Shown: piece by piece, positions 1 through 10,262 of the stretch
Numbering within the stretch: the first letter of the stretch is position 1
How the letters are laid out: every line of letters starts with the position of its first letter
DNA from: Caecitellus pseudoparvulus
Lineage: Eukaryota > Protista > Bigyra: Bicosoecida
Assembly: GCA_965644315.1 (NCBI GenBank)
Contig: CBFFRQ010000080.1
Location: 124,001 to 188,000, forward strand
Reading direction: 5' to 3'
Length of the DNA: 64,000 nt
Notes under the pieces: generated by a model
Database searches by the model: none
What the model saw: only the letters and a program-made list of their open reading frames with translations
Told to the model about the DNA's origin: nothing
Program-made: the position numbers and the translations under genes

Positions 1-3000
1 ACTGACTCAAAGACAGAGTCAGCAGCTCGTGAGTGGTGAAGGGGAGCGCACCAGAGGAAAGGGCAGACACCCACCCAGGGCTGCTGTGATCCACATCATC
101 AAAGCTTCGATCGGAAGGAACGCGGTACAGGGGGGCCAGGGGCTGCCGAGCAGGGTCAGCCAGAGCTTGCACTCCCGCCAACATCGCCGACGTAGTCACT
201 CTCTGAAGGCACACCAAGTGACGAGCAGCAGCAGCCAGCGATGACTCGGAACGCGACTGAGCAGCGAGGCGGAGGACCCGAAGGAAATCATCCCAAGGAA
301 TAACCGCCACTTCGCTTGATTCTCGAGCGACAACGGTCACGCCAGACACGGCCCGTGCCAGTGGCTGTTCAGCTGCTTTCGGTGCACGGCGCAGCAGCAC
401 ATGTGGCGCACACTCGAAAGGCTGCTCAGCCTCAGTATCAACACCACTTTGACCATCCTCTTCAGAAGCTTGAAGGAACTGAAACAGGGATCTCCACCGA
501 AGTGGTGCGCAAGCGGTATCTGCTGCATACCACTCTTGAACGACAGCGTCAGCTGCAGGTTGACCGCTCCAAACGCATTCTTGCCGGAAGTCTCCACCTC
601 CAGCAGAAGAAAACCCCGAGTTGGAGCGGACAGGCATGCTTTCGCAGCCCAAGTAAGTTCCTTGGGCAGTTGCTTGGCGGAGACTAGGCAGGTACACTGA
701 GCTCATCAGTCTGCACCACTCCAGTGCGCTTCCTGCCTGTGCCTCTCCTACTTGAGAGCGTAGGACTCGCGACACAAGGGTGACCAGCCTTCGCATTCTC
801 AACGCAGCATTCACTTCTGATCGCTGTTCAGAGGGTGACGGGTCGATGCCAGCAGTCTCGGGCTCTGCAAGGCGGTGGGCCATGTCCGCCAACTTGTCAA
901 GGGGCGACACAACTGCAGACTTTCGTGCTGCTCGCAGAACATCTTTTTCCACCCTCTGAGACCCTTGGCTTGAGAGACTTATAGATAATCGCTGATTGGA
1001 AAACGGGCTTTGAGTCACACAGAGCAGAATTTGCATGGTGGCTCCCAATGGGGGCTTCCCCGAATCCTGCTGCCCAGCCGACCAGGGCCTGCCAGCGTCT
1101 TCCTGCACAAAAGGAACACTAAAGATGGCGCTTCCAGACCGCGATGATTCTGACTCATGACTGGGTGGAGTGTTTGGGTCGATTTTGGCTGGAGCCTCCC
1201 GCTCAGTTGCAGTACCGGAAAAATGCAAAGCCACACCACGGTCTGCCAGACGCACTGCCCCGGCGTTCTGCCCACTTTGATCCGCAGCTGCTGACTCACC
1301 ACCTTCTTTCAAAGAAAGCTGATCCATTGCCCAAATAATTGCCTGAGCCTGCTCCTGAGCCATGCCCTTTTGGGCCTGTTTCACAGCGCCAAGCGCAGCT
1401 CCACGAGAAGCGATTGGCAGCATCAGGCGATTCAGAGATGAGAAGAAGCCGAAAGTGCCTACCCAGCACTGAAATATCGTGAGCAATGCCAATGTTGACC
1501 GAACCAGCTCCTCAGGCGAGCCAGTCGCCAAGGACAGGGCAGCAAGCAGCTCCGTGTCAGGTGAACCGAGCACGCTCTCAACGCTACTGGACAACGAATT
1601 GGACAGGACTGACACAAAGGATTCAAGTCCTTCATTTTCACGAGTAATGGTTTTCCGGAGTTCCGCAGAGTTTAGTTCAGCATGGGGTGGGTGGTCTGCG
1701 CTGGGCTTGCCTTCCGTCGATGGGCTTGTAGTTGACGCCACGAATCCTATGCCGCTGGACGGAACAGGGGAGCCATCACATGGACATGAGTCAAGCACTG
1801 CAGCCCTTTCATCCGGAGGGGCTGCAATACACGCATCCGCAGTGCCTGGTGAGGTCGGAAAGGGAGCCCCACGTCCGTCTACAGCGATGGCGCCCATGTC
1901 GAAGTGCTGGTCCACCATCCCGAGTGGAGTGGCAAGCTCAGGTGCTGAAATCTCTCGATCTACTACTCCATGAGCCAACACTGCTTGCGGAGAGGACGGA
2001 ACCAAGCCTTGCGCAATGTCAACGACCCCGCTTTCCAGTGATGGGCTTGATAGCGCGCTTGATGTAGCGGTGGATACTGCATGCCCGGCTACACCAGCAT
2101 TAGCCACGCTGCAGGTGGGTGCAGATGATGCTGCTTGCCCGATCGCATGAAGAACCCGAGACCGGTGCGCCGCAACAGCACTGCTGCACATGCGTGCAGC
2201 ATGTCCAAAGGCCATCGCAACAACTGCCCGCCGTAGCAAGGCGATGAGCAGAGCGGGATGTCCAGATGGCGCAAGCAGAGCTAGGATTGAGCCAGGGTGC
2301 AGTGCCATCGCTGGGATGCTGCTCAAAACACAGCGTCGCCACCATGCGCCCCATGCTGCAGCAATCTCCTGAGACAGGCCGCGCCCTACATGCTTCATGA
2401 ACACCTCGAGTCCAACGTGAGCACCAGGACGCAACGTTGCCCGCAGTGGGCCAAAGTGGGAGTATCCGCCGCCGCCTTGCAGCACCTGCCTCGGAAGGGG
2501 CAGCATCAAGAACTCAGGGGAGCTAAAACCGGAGTTCAGAGAGTTCTGGACAGCTTCCTGCTCGGTGCGTTTGGGTTCCTTGCAAGGCTCAGAACCCTGT
2601 CCGCGCGCAAGCTCCTCCATCCCGACGACTTGGCCGTCTGGTTCACCGTGCCCGGCACTGACGCTGGATTGCGCGACAGAAGGTGAAAGGTGCACAGCAG
2701 AGCCAGTATCCACTGATGATGCAGGTTTGGGCCATTTTGTGACTGGTGGCTGAGCCTGGCTGAGAGTGTGGAAGGCACACAGAGCTCCCGACAATACGAA
2801 GGTGACCGCGGCTCCATGTCCCATGACTTGACCCTGGCTCAGAACCACTTGCCCCTGAGCGAATGCATCATGACGAACACTTCTCGCTAGAAGATCAAGC
2901 GCTGCTGAAGGGAAATGTGAGCCCCACCTGCACATGGTACAACAAGAAAGAGGTCATTGTCGTTGCCTCGCCTCCCACCTCGGGAAACGCACGGGGTGGT

Positions 3001-3225
3001 GTCAAGCCATCGACGAATGACTGAAACCTCTTCGTCAGTGCGAAATCCGGGCCTGAAAAGAAGGAGATGCGGTTTTTCAGAGCAGCATCAGGATGAGGCA
3101 GGCAAGGAGGCAGGTTTCGTTGACTGTGGCAGACATTGTCGCGGCGACCACACCACCAAGACATACCTGACGTTCAAAGCTTCCCGGAGCAGGTGTGCTG
3201 GGGGTGGAATCTGAGTGGACGACAT
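1..3225 (-). CDS. Large protein with a split cyclic-nucleotide-binding (cNMP)-like domain; runs off the window edge and is not in the ORF track
   Basis: My translation shows the minus frame stop-free from ~2926 to base 2 (~975 codons). Motifs: LDLLARSVRHDAFAQGQVVLSQGQ..VTFVLSGAL, LRPGAHVGLEVF, TVVARESSEVAVIPWDDFLRVL. Likely first exon from ATG 3225 (MSSTQIPPPAHLLREALNV) to a GTATGT donor at ~3166; TGCAG acceptor at 2928. Confidence 0.7.
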
Positions 3226-3631
3226 GAATAGAACGAAAATAGGCTAATGTGCAAGCATGGGCCTCCGAGAGTGCCCCTCCTGAACACCTTCCTGCCAACC
3301 GCCTTTCTAGCGTGAAAACAGCCAAGTTGGCAGCACCTCTGTGATGCCAAGTAAACAGGAACACGAAGGCACCACACAAAGCACGAATGGCGATCTGAAG
3401 AACGATGTTGCCTATTTATTGGTTTGATTTTTTTTGGAATGGAATGCCTTCTACGACACAGCATGAACGATGCTGCAGAGTAAAGCGCTCCGTATGCGAC
3501 GGCCCTCACCTGAGAAATGCCGAAAGGGCAATTCACAGCACTAACACATCATTGACCAAGTTGTTCATGTCATTTGCAACCGATACGTTCCAATATCAGT
3601 GTCCAAATGTCATCGACACGAAGCATATGTG

Positions 3632-5047
3632 TCAATGTCGCTGTTGCTGCCGCAGCAGGAGCAGCTGGCGGCGGCCCCGACGCAGTCCTGTGCCATGCCA
3701 CACAGCCTCCATGCGTTGCACAAGCAACGCAGGCACCTCTGGCCGCCTCCAGTCCTGCAAAGCCATGTGGACGTCACATGGCTCCAGAAGGTGCACTCGA
3801 GCGGCGCGCTTGCCCTCCAGCCCGAGGAGGAGCTGCACCACTTCGGCACGCCCTTCTTGGCAGCTGAGGCGCAAGGCGTCCTCCTCCCCAGCGTGCACAT
3901 CGATGGCACGAGCCCCTGTCAGCTCCAACAGCTGCTGCACGATGTGGACGTGCCCCTCGTGGCATGCACGTTGCAGTGCCTCATCCAGGGCGCCCTGCAC
4001 AGGCGCTTCACGCGGAGGCTGCAGCGCCAGTAACAGCGCAACCACACCCCCATGACCTGCTGAGCATGCAAGCAAAAATGCATGTTCCACATGTGCATCC
4101 ATGCGCACGGCTCTGTCGCCTGTCAGGGCCAGCAGCATGCGGACGACGTGCGCATGGCCACAGGCGCAGGCGGCAGCGAAGGCACCCTGCTCCATCGCGT
4201 GAACATTCACGGACCTGGGGCCCTCAAGGTCCAACAACAGCTGAACAAGCTCACCATTTCCGTTCCCACACGCCGAGCGAAAGCCTTGCTCTCGCTGTGC
4301 ATGTACATCCACCTCCTGACTGCCGGCGAGCCCCAGCAGCAGCTTCGCAACGCCCACCGCACCGGAATTGCAGGCAGCCCGGAAGGCGGCCTCCTGACCA
4401 TCGTGCACATTCACTCGGCGGCTGCCTTGCAGCTGCAGCAGCTCCCGCACCACTGCCTCGTGGCCACCAGCACACGCCTGCTTGAAGGCGGTGTGGATGC
4501 TCTTCACAGACACCTGGCGCTCCCCGCCCAGCTGCAGCAGCAAGCAGGCAGCCTGGACGTGCCCCCCTCGACAGGCACGGACAAAGCACTCGCCCCCCAG
4601 GCGGCGCAGATCGATGGCCCTGCCGCCCTGCAACTCCAGCAAGCGCTTCATGATGTCCGTGTGCCCTTCTTCGCATGCCAGCAGGAAGGGCTGCCCCGAG
4701 CATGCGTCGGCGGTGACACGGCGTGGCGTGGGGAGGGCCAGCAGCATATCCACGATGTCCAAGTGCCCACATTGACACGCCCAGCGGAAGGCGCGGTCAT
4801 TGTCTGCACACACATCAACGGTGAGCCTGCCAGAGCAAGCCAGCAACTCTCGGACACAGTCGACGCTGCCCACTTCACACCCCTTCAGGAACGCTGAATA
4901 CGCCCAATCCTGCAGATCATCATCTGAGTGCCCTACCGCCTCCAGCTCCGCCAGCATGGCGTGCAACTGGTCCACGGCCCCAGCACACACCGCTTTGTGG
5001 AGTTGCTGTCCAATTACCGCCTTCGGCAAGCTGCTGAGAAAGGCCAT
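3632..5047 (-). CDS. Intronless ankyrin-repeat protein (about 11 repeats, ~37-aa period)
   Basis: Repeating unit like DVHAxxExAFRxACxxGHxxVVxLLLxLxGxRxV. Most plausible start is ATG 5047 (MAFLSSLPK); the ORF-track extension to 5239 lies in the H2B 3'UTR. Confidence 0.85.
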   Translation of the reverse strand: MAFLSSLPKAVIGQQLHKAVCAGAVDQLHAMLAELEAVGHSDDDLQDWAYSAFLKGCEVGSVDCVRELLACSGRLTVDVCADNDRAFRWACQCGHLDIVDMLLALPTPRRVTADACSGQPFLLACEEGHTDIMKRLLELQGGRAIDLRRLGGECFVRACRGGHVQAACLLLQLGGERQVSVKSIHTAFKQACAGGHEAVVRELLQLQGSRRVNVHDGQEAAFRAACNSGAVGVAKLLLGLAGSQEVDVHAQREQGFRSACGNGNGELVQLLLDLEGPRSVNVHAMEQGAFAAACACGHAHVVRMLLALTGDRAVRMDAHVEHAFLLACSAGHGGVVALLLALQPPREAPVQGALDEALQRACHEGHVHIVQQLLELTGARAIDVHAGEEDALRLSCQEGRAEVVQLLLGLEGKRAARVHLLEPCDVHMALQDWRRPEVPALLVQRMEAVWHGTGLRRGRRQLLLLRQQQRH

Positions 5048-5168
5048 CCTGACTGAACAGCACCGAATTCTGTACCAATGAACACGGCAAAGCACATACA
5101 AGCTCTGTAGATATCCCATGCATGCAGTTCTGGTGTGTGTAGATTCGTATTGTACAAGCAAGAAAGGT

Positions 5169-5184
5169 GGTGTTGAGTAACACC
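5169..5184 (-). terminator. Histone 3' stem-loop of H2B copy 1 (GGTGTT-ACTC-AACACC)
   Basis: 6-bp stem and 4-nt loop, CCAAC before and ACC after, 76 nt downstream of the stop. Confidence 0.9.
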
Positions 5185-5260
5185 GTTGGGGGTGGTGGGT
5201 GTGCAGGAAAGGAGGGGCGCCTTGCTCCCCCCACTCCACTGCACGGGGAAGTCCGGACGC

Positions 5261-5614
5261 TTAGGCGGAGGTGAACTTGGTCACAGCCTTGGTGCCCTCG
5301 GACACGGCGTGCTTGGCCAGCTCGCCAGGCAGCACCAGGCGCACGGCGGTCTGCACCTCGCGGGAGGACAGGGTGGCCTTCTTGTTGTAGCGGGCCAGGG
5401 AAGCGGCCTCGGCGCACACGCGGTCAAAGACGTCGTTGATGAAGGAGTTCATGATGCCCATGCCCTTCTTGGAGATGCCGATCTCGGGGTGCACCTGCTT
5501 CAGCACGCGGTAGATGTAGGTGGAGTAGCTCTCCACGCGCTTCTTCTTGGAGCCAGTGGAGGCGGAGGACTTGCCGGCCTTCTTGGCGGACTTCTTGGAA
5601 GGGGTCTTGGCCAT
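5261..5614 (-). CDS. H2B: Histone H2B (copy 1), 117 aa
   Basis: [23 protein letters not shown]...[20 protein letters not shown]; intronless; ATG 5614. Confidence 0.99.
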   Translation of the reverse strand: MAKTPSKKSAKKAGKSSASTGSKKKRVESYSTYIYRVLKQVHPEIGISKKGMGIMNSFINDVFDRVCAEAASLARYNKKATLSSREVQTAVRLVLPGELAKHAVSEGTKAVTKFTSA

Positions 5615-6074
5615 GGTGACGGGTGGGGGTTGTGACACGGGGAAGTGAGCACTGGGGTGCTGGGAAGCGTGTGATAGAGGTGGGTGGGTAGAGTGATGTG
5701 GGGGCAGGCGAGGGAGTGTGGGTGGAGGTGGGCGGGAGTGTGCTGTGTGCACTGCGCCACACGCACTGCTCGGTCACTGACATGCATGCACACCAGGCGC
5801 ATCGGCCACACATGTTCTGGAGTTCATGTGCAATGTAGACATGTGTGATTGGCATGCAATATCCAGTGAGCGCATCACACAGTCTGGGCTAGTCCCATGC
5901 ATGTGCTTCACCAGCACACATGCACACCCCGCCAGACCCGTCAGCTACGCGGCCAGTCGCCGCACGCAGCACACTTGCCCCGCCCAAGCCACTATCAATC
6001 ATCCCCACCAACTCACCACGCATCGTCAGCATCGTCACGTTGTGACCACCGCACACACACACACCTCATCCAAC
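5615..6074. promoter_or_regulatory. Bidirectional H2B/H2A promoter spacer
   Basis: 460 bp between divergent ATGs. Contains ATTGG (reverse CCAAT) at ~5848, GC-box-like GGGCGGG/CCCGCCC, and GTTGTGAC at 5629 and 6039. Confidence 0.7.
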
Positions 6075-6446
6075 ATGTCTGGCAAGGGCAAGGGCGGCCG
6101 CGGCAAGGGCAAGGGTGGCAAGTCCACCTCCCGCTCCGCCAAGGCTGGTCTGCAGTTCCCCGTGGGCCGTGTCGCTCGGTACATGCGCAACCAGCGTGTG
6201 GCCTCCCGCATCGGCGCGGGTGCCCCCGTGTACCTGGCCGCTGTCCTGGAGTACCTGGCCGCTGAGATCCTGGAGCTGGCTGGCAACGCCGCTCGTGACA
6301 ACAAGAAGAGCCGCATCATCCCCCGCCACGTGCAGCTGGCTGTGCGCAACGACGAGGAGCTGAACAAGCTGCTGGCTGGCGTCACCATCGCGTCTGGTGG
6401 TGTGCTGCCCAACATCCACTCTCAGCTGCTGCCCAAGAAGAAGTAA
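6075..6446 (+). CDS. H2A: Histone H2A (copy 1), 123 aa
   Basis: [47 protein letters not shown]; ends LLPKKK with no SQ motif. Confidence 0.99.
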   Translation: MSGKGKGGRGKGKGGKSTSRSAKAGLQFPVGRVARYMRNQRVASRIGAGAPVYLAAVLEYLAAEILELAGNAARDNKKSRIIPRHVQLAVRNDEELNKLLAGVTIASGGVLPNIHSQLLPKKK

Positions 6447-6519
6447 GCGAGCAGGCTGCTTCGTGCTGTGACGTCGGCAGGGTCCATCCTGTCATCTGTG
6501 CACAGCAACCACCCCCAAC

Positions 6520-6535
6520 GGTGTTACTCAACACC
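6520..6535 (+). terminator. Histone 3' stem-loop of H2A copy 1
   Basis: GGTGTT-ACTC-AACACC followed by ACC, 73 nt after the stop. Confidence 0.9.
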
Positions 6536-6744
6536 ACCAGTATGACGATGTGGGTAGATGTGCGGTTTTGAAATGAATTGCTGTTGTGTGCGTGGGGCTT
6601 GGAGGCCTGGCTGTGCATGATGCGTTGGGGTCACAGCCTGGTAGGGTTGAGCACTTGCAGCGGAGTGCAAGCGCGCACCACGTGCAGGGTGCATTGATCC
6701 AGACCTGCCCAGCAAGCCAAGCGTGTGGTGGTGCATGTGAAGGT

Positions 6745-6760
6745 GGTGTTGATGAACACC
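6745..6760 (-). terminator. Histone 3' stem-loop of H4 copy 1 (loop CATC)
   Basis: GGTGTT-CATC-AACACC followed by ACC on the minus strand, 78 nt after the stop. Confidence 0.9.
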
Positions 6761-6838
6761 GTTGGGGTGGTGGGGCGGCGCAGTGCCTGAGCACACACGC
6801 CGCCTGGCAGGCAAGCCCTGCCACGGGAAGCAGTCCGC

Positions 6839-7874
<1,036 letters not shown>

Positions 7875-7922
7875 ATGCTGCGCAGCCTTGCGGCGCAGGC
7901 TTGGCCTGCCCACCACCCCCAC

Positions 7923-7938
7923 GGTGTTACTCAACACC
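7923..7938 (+). terminator. Histone 3' stem-loop of H3 copy 1
   Basis: GGTGTT-ACTC-AACACC followed by ACC, 48 nt after the stop. Confidence 0.9.
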
Positions 7939-8114
7939 ACCAATGACTCTTGCGCCATGGCTTGCACTGCATCCTCTGGTCTGATCAAGCCCAGATCGTC
8001 TGCGGAATTGCGGGGTTGAGAGTTGTGCTTTACTGGACTCCCCGTCAAAACTTTTACCCCACTTAAATCATGAAATTGGTGATGTACCTGACTGGACACT
8101 ACAGTCGGATTGGG

Positions 8115-9613
8115 ATGGTTGAATCATCAGCCCCCCCCCGGGCGCGCACAGCTCAGTGGCTTGCGCTGGTGGGCTTGTTGTGCTTGCTTGCGATTTCAGC
8201 CGTCACAGTTTCGACGTTCAGACCAGCAGGGGCAGGGTGGATTCAATCCAACGAAAAGCACTCTTCGCTCCGAGTCGGCCAGTGAGTGTCCCTGTCTGGC
8301 GCTTGGCTTATGTCGAAGTTGAGATTGTCGGCATGCGGCTTTTGCTCGCAGAGACGGCGCAGCGAAGGCGGCCAGTGAGAAGCTACGCAAGGAAGCAGCT
8401 GCTGCGGCACGCGCCGCAAACTTCCCTTCAGAGATAGAACCTTCGCCACCACCTCCAGTGCCTGCGTCGCCACCGCCCGTGGCCCCGTCACCTGCTGCAG
8501 GGGCACCGAGGCAGGCTTCGCTCGCGTCAAGCATGTGTGTGGTCATGTACATGTGTGCTGTGGAGGGAAGTTCTTGCCGGCAATGGAAGTGGATGGAACA
8601 CTTAGACGAAATTGGCGAGGGGCCTGTGGCTCGTACTGGCAAGCGTGGGCTGCTGCCAGAAGCCGCCGGCGGGCGTCGTCTGATCGGCAATTACCGCAAC
8701 GGAGTTCCACACTTTGCCTACCTTTCCGCACGCAACAAGGCAGCATACGCGGCGCTGCACGGGTACAAATTCCTACTCGTAGAGAAGATGTTCGGGCGTG
8801 ACGTGAGTTTGAGCGCTTCGCATTCAGCACCACCAAGCAGGCGCAAACATGTCCCCCGCCGCTCTTGGTTCCCAGCGCGGAATCGCTTGGGGCAAGGTGA
8901 AGGCTATGCGAGAGGCACTTGACGAGTGTGCCTGGGCTCTGTATGTTGATGTTGATAGCATGATTACAAACATGACTGTCACCATTCCCGAGCGTCTTGC
9001 GGCCCGCCTTCCAGCGAAAGCCGCAGTGGCTGGGTCTGAAGCTGCGGCCAAGGCTGCTCTGGTTGGGGGGAGTGCCCCTGACGTCATCATGGCAAGGGAC
9101 TGGAATGACTTGAACTCGGGCGTGTGGATGGTGCGGGCGTCTCGTTGGGGCAAGGCGTGGCTTGACTCCTTGTGGGATCAAGCATCGCCCGAGGGAAAGC
9201 ACCACCCTTGGAATGAGCAGTACGACATCCAAAGGTGGTATCGCTCGCATGCCGTGGAGGCCAAAGAGCACTTCTTAGTCGTCCCTCAGCGGCAGCTTCA
9301 GTCCTACCCCAGTTCCACCCCAGGCATGGGCAGCAACCTGGAAAACCACGGCTGGCATGATGGGGACTGGATGGTGCACTATGCAGGGTGTGGTGACCAG
9401 CCAGGTAGGAGCTGCGAGCGGGAGTTCATGCAAATGTGGAACCATGTGGGGAAGGCTGAGACTGAGGCTGCTGAGCGCGAAGTCGTTGCGCGAGGTGGGC
9501 AGGGCCGGCCCTTCTCTCCTCCCCTTGGCCTGGGCGTGCTGTTGCAAGGAATGGAATCAAAGCCAGGCATGATTGAGCAGTTTCTGGACTGGCTTGGAAT
9601 TGTCAAGGAGTAG
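8115..9613 (+). CDS. GT34 (GMA12/MNN10/XXT family) type II membrane glycosyltransferase, 3 exons
   Basis: N-terminal TM helix [16 protein letters not shown]. Motifs [20 protein letters not shown] (DxD), [26 protein letters not shown]. Frame-preserving introns at 8282-8351 and 8803-8875. Confidence 0.9.
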
Positions 9614-9854
9614 CTGGCCGAGCTCCAGGCAGCTGCAGAGCGCTCGTGCAGCCACCTCCCGTGTCCCAAACCACGCGATGGGCTCCTGCGTGCAGCACTC
9701 GATGCTTCAGGTGCAAGTTGCCGACGCAGTCGTCATAACCAGCAAAAATATATGCTACTAGTGGACGCTTTCAAGCATATGACTCTTGTTCGCTGCCACT
9801 GGTTCTCGGCTTCTGTGTCGGTCGGTGTGGTTTCAGTGAACTGCGGAAATTGAC

Positions 9855-10187
9855 ATGTCGGATGCAGCCGGTGTCTCAGCTGCTTTGCGCATGACGCTTG
9901 CGAATCTTGCTGCCGCCGACGCGGCAGCATCGCACTGCCTGACGCTTGCAGCAGATGCTGCTGACGCACTCGCAGGTGATGCGGAGACGAAGCCACAAGC
10001 GGTGGCGAGCATTTCGAGGGAGTTTGCAGACACTGTGCACACGCTGGGGGCGCTGCTTCATGATGAGGTGGACAAGAGTGGAGGTCCTGTCAGCATTGCA
10101 GCTGCACATGTGCACCTTGCCAGTGATGGGAAGACGTATGCGCACCCGCAACCCCAGGCTGGGTCTGCTGCGGCTGGGCCGGGTTAG
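9855..10187 (+). CDS. Small helical protein, possibly Mediator subunit Med11
   Basis: 110 aa. The two-helix hydrophobic pattern LANLAAAD..CLTLAA..DAL / SREFADTVHTLGALLHDEV resembles Med11 by eye only. Confidence 0.4.
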   Translation: MSDAAGVSAALRMTLANLAAADAAASHCLTLAADAADALAGDAETKPQAVASISREFADTVHTLGALLHDEVDKSGGPVSIAAAHVHLASDGKTYAHPQPQAGSAAAGPG

Positions 10188-10262
10188 AAGTGGCAACGCT
10201 TGGATGGGTCGGTGGGACGAAACATGCATTTCCAGGCGATATAGGCGCAGCCTGCGACGCGC

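Noticed and set aside
2895-3164. ORF ending 'FLLYHVQVGLTFPFSS', superficially like a gypsy-associated ORF
   Set aside because: It overlaps intron signals and the 5' part of the cNMP-like gene; no RT, integrase, LTR or TSD is visible.
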